Shown here: positions 57,004 through 64,000 of the stretch, piece after piece
How the letters are laid out: each line of letters opens with the position of its first letter
Numbering within the stretch: position 1 is the first letter of the stretch
Assembly: GCA_964477745.1 (NCBI GenBank)
Contig: CAYZEI010000002.1
Coordinates: 5,054-69,053 of the forward strand
DNA length: 64,000 nucleotides
Source of the DNA: an uncultured Candidatus Saccharibacteria bacterium
GTDB taxonomy: Bacteria > Patescibacteriota > Doudnabacteria > UBA920
Direction of reading: 5' to 3'
Made by a program: the position numbers and the translations under genes
The notes under the pieces: generated by a model
What the model was told of the DNA's origin: nothing
Seen by the model: the letters and a program-made list of their open reading frames with translations, nothing else
Databases searched by the model: none

Positions 57004-58098
57004 TTATCTTGTCGCGAAGAATTCCAAGTATTTTTCTACAAACTCATCTAATTCTCCGTTAAGCACGCTCTCGGGATCGGACATCTCAAGTGCCGTGCGA
57101 TGATCTTTAACCATCTTGTACGGATGCAAAACGTATGAGCGAATTTGATTCCCCCACTCCGCGGACTTAAACTCCCCGCGAATTTCCTGTTTTTCTTTTT
57201 GTAATTTTTCTTCTTCCAAAGTTTTCAATTTAGCCATTAAAATTTTCATGGCGATTTCCCGGTTCTGATGCTGACTGCGTTCATTTTGAATACTAACCTT
57301 TATGCCGGAAGGAATATGGGTAATTCGAATAGCAGAGTATGTGGTGTTTACAGACTGACCGCCATGACCGGAAGCGGTATTGGCTTCTATCTTTAAATCT
57401 TTGGGGTCAATTTTTAATTCTTCTTGTTCTTCTAAAAGTGGCAATAATTCTAATAGCGCAAAAGACGTTTCGCGGGTATGAGCGGGGTTAAAAGGACTCA
57501 AGCGCACCAAGCGATGTACCCCGGCTTCACTTTTAAATAAACCGTAAGCGTACGGCCCCTTTACTTCCACCACGCAAGTTTTTAATCCGCCTTGTTCCCC
57601 GCGTGAGAGTTCCAAAATTTCCGTGGTAAAACCTTTTTTGTCCGCGTAACGTAAAAACATGCGCAGGAGCATATCCGCCCAATCTTGCGCGTCCACTCCC
57701 CCGGCGCCGGAGTGTAAAGAAAATATGGCGTTGTGGTCGTCAAATTTTTTATTTAACAAAGCCACAAACCGATTTTTTTTGTACTTTTCTTCCAGCTCGC
57801 TAAATTGTTTTTTTAAATATTCTACGGTCTCTTCCGATTCATCCTGATTGGTTTTGACCAATTCCAAAGTCTCTTGGGTTTCTTTTTCTAAATTTATCCA
57901 AAAATCATAAAAGTTTTTTAATGCCTTGTATTCCTGAGAAACTTTTTGAGCGTGTGCATTGTCCGCCCAAAAATCCGGAGCTTGCATTAAATCGGCCAAC
58001 TCTAAAACCCGCTGTTGTTTTTGTTCCAACCGCAAATGGCCTTTTAAATCCGAAATTGCACTTAACAATTCGGCTAATTTTTTTTGTAATTCATTCAC
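57004..58098 (-). CDS. prfB: Peptide chain release factor 2 (single continuous ORF, no +1 frameshift site)
   Basis: SPF motif (RLSPFNPAHTRE). GGQ motif. Confidence 0.95.
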   Translation of the reverse strand: MNELQKKLAELLSAISDLKGHLRLEQKQQRVLELADLMQAPDFWADNAHAQKVSQEYKALKNFYDFWINLEKETQETLELVKTNQDESEETVEYLKKQFSELEEKYKKNRFVALLNKKFDDHNAIFSLHSGAGGVDAQDWADMLLRMFLRYADKKGFTTEILELSRGEQGGLKTCVVEVKGPYAYGLFKSEAGVHRLVRLSPFNPAHTRETSFALLELLPLLEEQEELKIDPKDLKIEANTASGHGGQSVNTTYSAIRITHIPSGIKVSIQNERSQHQNREIAMKILMAKLKTLEEEKLQKEKQEIRGEFKSAEWGNQIRSYVLHPYKMVKDHRTALEMSDPESVLNGELDEFVEKYLEFFATR

Positions 58099-58282
58099 AG
58101 GAAGATATTAAAAATAACTAGTTCATTATAACAGGAAAAATGCCGCATTATATACTAAATTGGACAAAATGTCAATACCCCCGCTTTTTAAAGGTATAGA
58201 CATTTTAGTGGTTTTTTGTAAAAATGTATGGTCAAGAGAAAATCACATCTCTTGAGAAAACCCCAAAGGAGGGGTAAATACA

Positions 58283-58489
58283 ATGGTTAATATACTTCGT
58301 GGTTTGCTGGGAGCCATAGCTGTCGAATTTGCACTAATTCCTGCTGTCGCAGGGTGGTGCCGAGGAGAGGGATGCGTCTCCAATACTTTCGGAGTAGGAT
58401 TACTCCACATTCTGGCAGTCGCCTGCCTAATTTGCGGAGCTGTCGCCACATTTTGGCCAGCGATCACCAGCCGTCAGAAACTGCGGTAA
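58283..58489 (+). CDS. Small hydrophobic/membrane peptide (68 aa) in GC-rich islet
   Basis: AAAGGAGGGG SD 8 nt upstream. Two hydrophobic segments. Confidence 0.4.
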   Translation: MVNILRGLLGAIAVEFALIPAVAGWCRGEGCVSNTFGVGLLHILAVACLICGAVATFWPAITSRQKLR

Positions 58490-58507
58490 ACACTACCGCA
58501 TACTCTC

Positions 58508-58538
58508 GCAGGGAACCCTGGTTCCCTGCTCTTTTTTA
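58508..58538 (+). terminator. Terminator (gcagggaacc-ctg-gttccctgc + T6), followed by two more hairpins (58550-58582, 58599-58617)
   Basis: On direct reading. Confidence 0.65.
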
Positions 58539-58592
58539 TATAAAATTTTGGCCGTGCTCCCCTTGTAAGAGTCACGGCCAGTGTCTGCGAGT

Positions 58593-59021
58593 CTATATGG
58601 CCACGTTGTAGTGGCCTAAGATGTATTCTATAAGCACCTCCTTCTGTGCCAGTTTGTGGTGTCCTTCCAGGTGTTTGATCCCCGAAAAAAGTAATATCCT
58701 GATTAACTGCTGGCGACTAACCCCGTAAGAACGGGACAGCTCGCCAAGTTTGCTAATCAAAGACGGACGACAGGGTATCTTCCCCTGGTGATGTGCCACA
58801 TCACTGTTCAATTCGTTTCCCGCTTGGAGCGGGAAATCAGGTTGGCGTTCTATCACGGATAGCATAACCTCAAGCAGAAATACTGTCTGCTCTACTAAAT
58901 GCCTACCGCTTTGCTCCGCCATCTCCGCAAGAAGATGGTGAAGCTCTTTTCCATATCCAAGGGACAGTTTTGCGGGCATGATTTGCCAGCGAACATATCC
59001 CGGGCTGTAGTATTCTACCAA
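58593..59021 (-). CDS. Putative tandem ribbon-helix-helix (CopG/Arc-like) DNA-binding protein in GC-rich islet
   Basis: KLSLGYGKELHHLLAEMAEQSGRHLVEQTVFLL and LISKLGELSRSYGVSRQQLIRILL both fit the RHH beta-alpha-alpha pattern. The true start may be the internal ATG (MPAKL). Confidence 0.35.
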   Translation of the reverse strand: MVEYYSPGYVRWQIMPAKLSLGYGKELHHLLAEMAEQSGRHLVEQTVFLLEVMLSVIERQPDFPLQAGNELNSDVAHHQGKIPCRPSLISKLGELSRSYGVSRQQLIRILLFSGIKHLEGHHKLAQKEVLIEYILGHYNVAI

Positions 59022-59045
59022 ATTTACGAGAAAAAATCCATACTT

Positions 59046-59165
59046 AAAAACCGCTCTGCGAGAGCGGTTTTTACTATTCTACAAGACTCTGTAATTACAG
59101 AGTCTTGTAGAATCCTTTAATAATATTCATGAGACATAAAATGCGCGGCCGCGCATTTTATGTCA
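59046..59165. repeat. Three consecutive palindromes downstream of folA: aaaaaccgctct-cgc-agagcggttttt; P-family copy 3 (59076..59113, attctacAAgactctgtaattacagagtcTTgtagaat); cataaaatgcGCGGCCGCgcattttatg
   Basis: P copy 3 differs from copies 1 and 2 by paired compensatory changes that keep perfect dyad symmetry. Confidence 0.6.
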
Positions 59166-59184
59166 GCTGGATAAAGGTTTAAAT

Positions 59185-59658
59185 TTAAATTTTTTCGTAG
59201 TCTACAAAAGTAAATCCGTCGTGCGGTTCTTCTTTAACTTTTTTCCAAATTTTTGAATCTATTTCCGGAAAATATACATCACCCTCATATTTTTTAGCAA
59301 TATGGGTAATAAATAATTTATCCACCCGGTTTATTAACTGTTTGTATATCATTGCACCACCGACCACGTAAGTCTCTTTATCCGCCAAATCTTTTAGCGC
59401 CTGTTCCAAATCCGCGTATAGCAAAACCCCTTCCGGGACTTTGTCTTCCGGATTATTGCTAATAACCACATTTAACCGGCCAGGAAAAGGTTTCTTTAAA
59501 ATATCCATAATGGATAAAAAAGTGTTCCGTCCCATAAGTACCGGCTTACCCATAGTAATTTCTTTAAACCGTTTTAAATCCTCGGGCAAATTCCAAGGCA
59601 GGCCGTTTTTTATTCCTATTACATTGTCTTGTGCCACCGCGGCAATAATTGAAAGCAT
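59185..59658 (-). CDS. folA: Dihydrofolate reductase
   Basis: IIAAVAQDNVIGIKNGLPW...LMGRNTF. Confidence 0.9.
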   Translation of the reverse strand: MLSIIAAVAQDNVIGIKNGLPWNLPEDLKRFKEITMGKPVLMGRNTFLSIMDILKKPFPGRLNVVISNNPEDKVPEGVLLYADLEQALKDLADKETYVVGGAMIYKQLINRVDKLFITHIAKKYEGDVYFPEIDSKIWKKVKEEPHDGFTFVDYEKI

Positions 59659-59697
59659 GTTTCTGATTCCTAAATGCTAAATGCTGTACGCTAAATA

Positions 59698-60510
59698 CTA
59701 AATGGCTATTGGCGCCTTAATCCCCGGATCCGGATTGTAATTTTCCAAAGTAAAATCTTCGTATTTAAAATCAAACAAGTTTTTTACTTCCGGGTTCAAT
59801 TTCATTGTCGGCAAAGCTTTTGGTTGGCGGGATAATTGCAAATTTACTTGCTCAAAATGGTTATTGTAAATGTGTGCATCGCCCAAAGTGTGCACAAATT
59901 CTCCGAGTTCCCTTCCGGTAACTTGCGCAATCATCATAGTCAAAAGCGCATAAGAGGCAATATTAAACGGCACACCCAAAAAAGTATCTGCTGACCGTTG
60001 ATAAAGTTGGCAGGACAATTTGTTGTTGGCTACGTAAAATTGAAACATGGTATGGCAAGGTGGTGGTGCGGTTTTTTTACCGGCAATTAAAGATTGCAAA
60101 TCCGCCACATTCCATCCCGAAACAATCATACGCCGGTTGTCCGGATTATTTTTAATTTGATCCAAAATGTAAGCAATTTGGTCAAAAGTTTCGCCGTTGT
60201 ACCCTTTCCAGGCTCGCCACTGTTTGCCGTAAACCGGACCCAAATCCCCATTTGCATCTGCCCATTCGTCCCAAATTGTCACCCCATGCTCATTTAACCA
60301 TTTTACGTTGGTGTCGCCTTTTAAAAACCACAGAAGTTCATAAATAATGGATTTTAAATGAATTTTTTTGGTAGTCATTAACGGAAAACCCTTGGCTAAG
60401 TCAAACCTCATTTGATAGCCAAAAATGGACTTCGTGCCTGTGCCGGTACGATCATGCTTCTGTGCACCATCGTCTAGTATTTTTTGTAAGAGATCTAAAT
60501 ATACTTTCAT
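59698..60510 (-). CDS. thyA: Thymidylate synthase
   Basis: HDRTGTGT...[11 protein letters not shown]. Confidence 0.95.
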   Translation of the reverse strand: MKVYLDLLQKILDDGAQKHDRTGTGTKSIFGYQMRFDLAKGFPLMTTKKIHLKSIIYELLWFLKGDTNVKWLNEHGVTIWDEWADANGDLGPVYGKQWRAWKGYNGETFDQIAYILDQIKNNPDNRRMIVSGWNVADLQSLIAGKKTAPPPCHTMFQFYVANNKLSCQLYQRSADTFLGVPFNIASYALLTMMIAQVTGRELGEFVHTLGDAHIYNNHFEQVNLQLSRQPKALPTMKLNPEVKNLFDFKYEDFTLENYNPDPGIKAPIAI

Positions 60511-60511
60511 A

Positions 60512-61246
60512 CTATTTTTGTGGTTTAATATCTTTTAAAGCTATTCTCCTAACCAGTTCCCAAACTTTGTTATGAACGTCTTCCGGTGACATTAATTCAC
60601 CGGCTTTCACGCATTCCACCAGCTTGGTATTAGGAAACAATTTGGCGATTTGTAAATAAACTTTTTCCGCATTTTTTAAATGATTTATATCCGCCTCGTG
60701 CAAATCCCGTTTTTTGCCGTTGGCGTATTCCCGCTGGTCAGAGGTTTTTTTGTCCACCAAACTTTGTGCCATTTCCGCCGGCATATGTAAAATTATATTT
60801 AAATCGGGCTTTGGGATATTAAAAATATTGTATTCCAAATTATCCAGCCATTTAAAATATTTTAACCGATCAATATCGTCGGCAATTTTTCCACCCTGGT
60901 GACCAGCATTGGCTGTTACATAACGGTTAGAAATAACAATTTTTCCGCTCTCAAGCCACTGGCGGATTTTGAAAGAAGCATCAAACCTATCAATTGCATA
61001 AAAAATAGACGCTGCTTCCGGCCCCACTTGTCCGTACTTGCCGTTTAAATATTCTTCAATTAACCCAGCGGACTTGGTACCATATTGCGGAAAGTCAGTC
61101 ATTTCCACATTGTATCCGGCCACTTTTAACTCTTCCAATAATAAATTGGTCTGGGTGGCCTTGCCACTACCATCAGTACCGTCAATTACAATGAACCGGC
61201 CTTTTTGGATCTCCTCCGCCTTTTTGGATTTTCCGAATTTTATCAT
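60512..61246 (-). CDS. tmk: Thymidylate kinase (long form)
   Basis: P-loop [14 protein letters not shown]-like region. Confidence 0.85.
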   Translation of the reverse strand: MIKFGKSKKAEEIQKGRFIVIDGTDGSGKATQTNLLLEELKVAGYNVEMTDFPQYGTKSAGLIEEYLNGKYGQVGPEAASIFYAIDRFDASFKIRQWLESGKIVISNRYVTANAGHQGGKIADDIDRLKYFKWLDNLEYNIFNIPKPDLNIILHMPAEMAQSLVDKKTSDQREYANGKKRDLHEADINHLKNAEKVYLQIAKLFPNTKLVECVKAGELMSPEDVHNKVWELVRRIALKDIKPQK

Positions 61247-61268
61247 AGAGGTTCTAAAAAACTGATTA

Positions 61269-61826
61269 TTACTTACTTACTTCAGAAACTATTTCATCAA
61301 CTTTTTTATATAACTCGTCCAAGCTACCTACATTATCTATTCTAAAGTCCGCCTGCTTACCTAAGTCCGGAATCCCCGCTTCGGTGGGACCAGTCTCTTG
61401 GGTTTTAAAATTTTCAAAATCCATTACGCCGTCGTCATCTTTTTCTTTGCGGTTTTTATAGCGCTCAAAACGTAATTCCATTGGCGCGGTAACATAAATA
61501 ACTTTTGCACCCCAATTTTTTACCACTTCCAACTCATCCATTCTAATTCCATTAACCACAATAATTTTTTCCCAAGATTTATTGACCCTGTGCCCCAAAG
61601 CTTCCACTAAAACGTGAGGGCCAAAAATTTTTCTTAACGACAAGCCTAGATCAATCTCGTTTTTACGGGAAATCGGCATGTCTAAGTCTTCTAAAATGGC
61701 GTCTAGAATATGGGTAAAACGAAAATGGCCGGCGCCATATTTAGCCACCAAATAATTTGCCGTTGTATCCTTGCCTGCCAACTTTTCCCCAACAAGCCCA
61801 ATTATTATTTTTTTGTTGTCGTTCAT
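61269..61826 (-). CDS. Deoxynucleoside monophosphate kinase, phage T4 gp1-like
   Basis: IIGLVGEKLAGKDTTA P-loop and C-terminal DNVGSLDELYKKV, matching the T4 gp1 SGVKRSGKDTTA...NDGSLEELFSKI pattern. Confidence 0.6.
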   Translation of the reverse strand: MNDNKKIIIGLVGEKLAGKDTTANYLVAKYGAGHFRFTHILDAILEDLDMPISRKNEIDLGLSLRKIFGPHVLVEALGHRVNKSWEKIIVVNGIRMDELEVVKNWGAKVIYVTAPMELRFERYKNRKEKDDDGVMDFENFKTQETGPTEAGIPDLGKQADFRIDNVGSLDELYKKVDEIVSEVSK

Positions 61827-61865
61827 ATTGTTCCTTCCTAAAAGCTATAAGCTAAAACCTAACTC

Positions 61866-62306
61866 CTAACTTTTATACCCTCCGGTGCTCCCAATCCCTC
61901 CTCTGTCAGTATTTCGAGTCTCACTGCTCTCTTGCCACTCAGCTTGAGTTACCGGTAAAAATATTCCTTGCGCCAGTCTCTCCCCTTTTTTTACTTCCAC
62001 CGGCGCTTTGGTAAAATTATGCACAATAATATGAATTTCGTCATTGGGCCCCGCATAATCAGGATCTATTACTCCAATACCATTTGCCATCGCAAGTCCT
62101 TTTTTTAACGGTAGACTACTGCGAGCAGACACCAGTAAAAAATAACCACTGGGGGCGGCAATAACCAACCCGGTAGAAATTTTAGCAACCTCCCCGGCAG
62201 GGATAACAACATCTTGATTGGAGGCAATATCAAACCCGGCGGATTCTGTGGTGTGATATTTTGGCAATTCAATTGACGGGTCTAGTCGTTTGATTTTTAC
62301 ATTCAT
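61866..62306 (-). CDS. dut: dUTP diphosphatase
   Basis: SAGFDI...AGE and RSSL motifs. Confidence 0.9.
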   Translation of the reverse strand: MNVKIKRLDPSIELPKYHTTESAGFDIASNQDVVIPAGEVAKISTGLVIAAPSGYFLLVSARSSLPLKKGLAMANGIGVIDPDYAGPNDEIHIIVHNFTKAPVEVKKGERLAQGIFLPVTQAEWQESSETRNTDRGGIGSTGGYKS

Positions 62307-62309
62307 AAT

Positions 62310-62430
62310 TACAAGATACGGATTTACAGATTAATACAGATAATACTGATAATGCGGATACTGCACTGAAAGCACACTTGCACTAATCAGTATTATCCGT
62401 TTCATCCGTATTCAAATCAGTTTATCTGTA
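62310..62430. repeat. Imperfect long palindrome (atacggat/tacagat/tactgataa units mirrored)
   Basis: atacggatttacagattaatacagataatactgataatgcggatactgc...actaatcagtattatccgtttcatccgtattcaaatcagtttatctgtatca. Confidence 0.4.
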
Positions 62431-62985
62431 TCATATTTTAATTTTCTTTAAAACTTGATCCAAATTTTGATAAAGAGCTTCCTTGCTTCCTTCGTTAATT
62501 ATTGTCCAATCTGCCCGGGCTATGGGCCCTGCTTGGTGAAGGTTTTCTATTTGCGCTTTATCACGGGAAATTAAATCTGCCTCAGTAAGGGGTCTAATGG
62601 TACGTATTTTCATTCGTTCTGCCCGCGTTGGCAAAGAAGAATATATCGCGACCACTTTAAAATTTTCTCCAAATTCTTCTTTAATGGCCAAATATTCTTC
62701 CCAGGAATATAAACTTTCTAAAATTACGTTTGAGGATTTATATAATTCTTTAATTTTTGGAATACTTAAAATTGCCATTGAGGCCATGCCGTGCTTGGCT
62801 CTGAGTTCTTCCCTCACCGCTCGTTCATTGGCTTCGTTAACCGGCAAATTCCGCACCGCAACTTCATCCATTACCACCTGGCCAAAATAAACTTTGGGCC
62901 AGCCGGTTTTTTTCATTAAATATTCCGTACTTTCGGTCTTCCCCGCTCCGGCTAGACCGACAATGGCAAGAACAATATTGCTCAT
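62431..62985 (-). CDS. P-loop nucleoside/nucleotide kinase-like protein (CoaE/dNK-like)
   Basis: Walker A VGLAGAGKT. About 180 aa. Confidence 0.45.
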   Translation of the reverse strand: MSNIVLAIVGLAGAGKTESTEYLMKKTGWPKVYFGQVVMDEVAVRNLPVNEANERAVREELRAKHGMASMAILSIPKIKELYKSSNVILESLYSWEEYLAIKEEFGENFKVVAIYSSLPTRAERMKIRTIRPLTEADLISRDKAQIENLHQAGPIARADWTIINEGSKEALYQNLDQVLKKIKI

Positions 62986-62989
62986 AAAT

Positions 62990-63643
62990 CTATTTTAAAC
63001 CTTTCCATTCTTTATAAAATCTTTCAAGATATTTCTTCATAAACTCGTGCCTGCCAACAGCTAACTTTTTGGCTGTTTTGGTATTCATTCTATCCTTAAG
63101 CAACAAAAGTTTTTCGTAAAAGTGATTGATTGTTGCTGTAGGATTTTTAAAATATTCTTCCTTGGTCTTATGCATAACAGGCTTTTTATCCGGGTTGTGC
63201 ATTTGCAAATTTGCGTGCCCACCATATGCAAATGTTCTTCCGATCCCAATTGCGCCTATTGCGTCTAGCCTGTCAGCATCCTGCACAATTTTCCCCTCTA
63301 ACGTCCGCATTTCGGTCTTAACCCCTGCCCCTTTATACGACATCGTGAGCATTATTTCACAAACTTGGTCAATTATTTCTTTATTAACGCCGTGTTTTGC
63401 CAACAACTTCTTTGCAATTTTTGGTCCGACAGTATCATCACCGTTATTAAATTTCCAATCTGAAATATCATGCAAAAGAGATGCTAATTCTACCACCAAC
63501 ATATTTGCCGATTCTTTCCTGCCAATATGCCGGGCCATTTGCCAAACCCGATAAACATGCCACCAATCATGACCGGAAGATTCCCCATCTAATTTATTTC
63601 TGACCTCTTGTGATATTTGCTTAATTGTTTTCTGATTGTTCAC
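62990..63643 (-). CDS. HD-domain phosphohydrolase
   Basis: H...HD motif (WWHVYRV...LLHDISD). Confidence 0.75.
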   Translation of the reverse strand: MNNQKTIKQISQEVRNKLDGESSGHDWWHVYRVWQMARHIGRKESANMLVVELASLLHDISDWKFNNGDDTVGPKIAKKLLAKHGVNKEIIDQVCEIMLTMSYKGAGVKTEMRTLEGKIVQDADRLDAIGAIGIGRTFAYGGHANLQMHNPDKKPVMHKTKEEYFKNPTATINHFYEKLLLLKDRMNTKTAKKLAVGRHEFMKKYLERFYKEWKGLK

Positions 63644-63645
63644 GT

Positions 63646-64000
63646 TTACTCCCCTGACTTCATTTTTATCTCTCCCTGATTAATACGTTCCGGAATACTT
63701 TCGGAAAAAATTTGGACCAATTCCCCGTTCCAGTTTGGGTTCTCTTGATACACCTCAACCGACACTCCGGCTTCTTTTAACATATCAACCGCTTGCGGGT
63801 TACGATAAATTTTTCCCACCACGACTCTTTTTACTCCACAAGCGATTACATACTTAGCGCAATGAATACAGGGACTATACTTGGTATACATAGTGGAGCC
63901 ATTTGTGCTGGTGCCACCTTGTCTGGCCGCCTGAAGCAATGAGTTATGCTCTCCGTGAATGGTTCGCACGCAGTGGCCTTCTTCCAGCAAATGCCCAGAA
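63646..64000 (-). CDS. dCMP/CMP deaminase (zinc-binding), N-terminus beyond the window edge
   Basis: HAEHNSLLQA (HAE) and PCIHCAKYV (PCxxC) motifs. Confidence 0.75.
   Translation of the reverse strand, partial: SGHLLEEGHCVRTIHGEHNSLLQAARQGGTSTNGSTMYTKYSPCIHCAKYVIACGVKRVVVGKIYRNPQAVDMLKEAGVSVEVYQENPNWNGELVQIFSESIPERINQGEIKMKSGE

Noticed and set aside
57004-58098. Programmed +1 frameshift in prfB
   Set aside because: The ORF is continuous from Met1 through the region homologous to the E. coli shift site (LKGHLRLEQ).
1-64000. Integron/attC cassette array or CRISPR array as explanation of the islets and palindromes
   Set aside because: No intI or cas genes. Islets are dispersed and not arrayed. 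Palindromes lack the R-L core/spacer periodicity of attC or CRISPR repeats.

Overview
The window has the backbone of a low-GC, small-genome bacterium, probably CPR/Patescibacteria-like. Both RF1 (GGQ, PxT-type) and RF2 (SPF) are present, so UGA is a stop codon and the standard code 11 applies. Housekeeping genes are dense: dnaE, ftsW-like SEDS, rplY, prmC, prfA, rpmE, rpsB-tsf, truB, ahcY, rpmG (absent from the ORF track), gpmI, rarA, queA, hup, mltG, a def-exo-exo-fmt operon, gltX, M23 and LAS-type peptidases, a NifS-like cysteine desulfurase, rpmA, a SemiSWEET, pyrG, rplI, ftsEX, prfB, and a thymidylate cluster (folA-thyA-tmk, a T4-gp1-like dNMP kinase, dut, an HD hydrolase and a dCMP deaminase). 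There are four tRNAs: Thr-GGT, Tyr-GTA, Thr-TGT and Trp-CCA. The window also carries an ArsR-controlled thiol/redox locus, a type IV pilin, an MFS transporter and a GT26-NUDIX fusion. Five things look unusual. (1) About ten short GC-rich islets (roughly 50% GC against 35-40% background, judged by eye) sit in intergenic gaps. Each carries one or two small ORFan genes with a strong Shine-Dalgarno and its own hairpin terminator; one pair is STAS-like plus a small membrane protein and one is tandem-RHH-like. (2) A roughly 450-nt GC-rich, ORF-poor, hairpin-rich segment between two terminators is probably a structured ncRNA; RNase P RNA is the leading guess. (3) Several families of long imperfect intergenic palindromes occur, including three homologous 'acgaa'-unit copies and three 38-bp perfect palindromes with compensatory substitutions. 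(4) Two paralogous promoter-plus-terminator modules of about 80 nt look like sRNA genes, and duplicated terminator repeats flank an M15 peptidase gene. (5) A 26-bp direct repeat containing a 12-bp palindrome and a start codon flanks a small ArsR-like gene upstream of gpmI. No CRISPR array, rRNA, integrase or transposase was seen.
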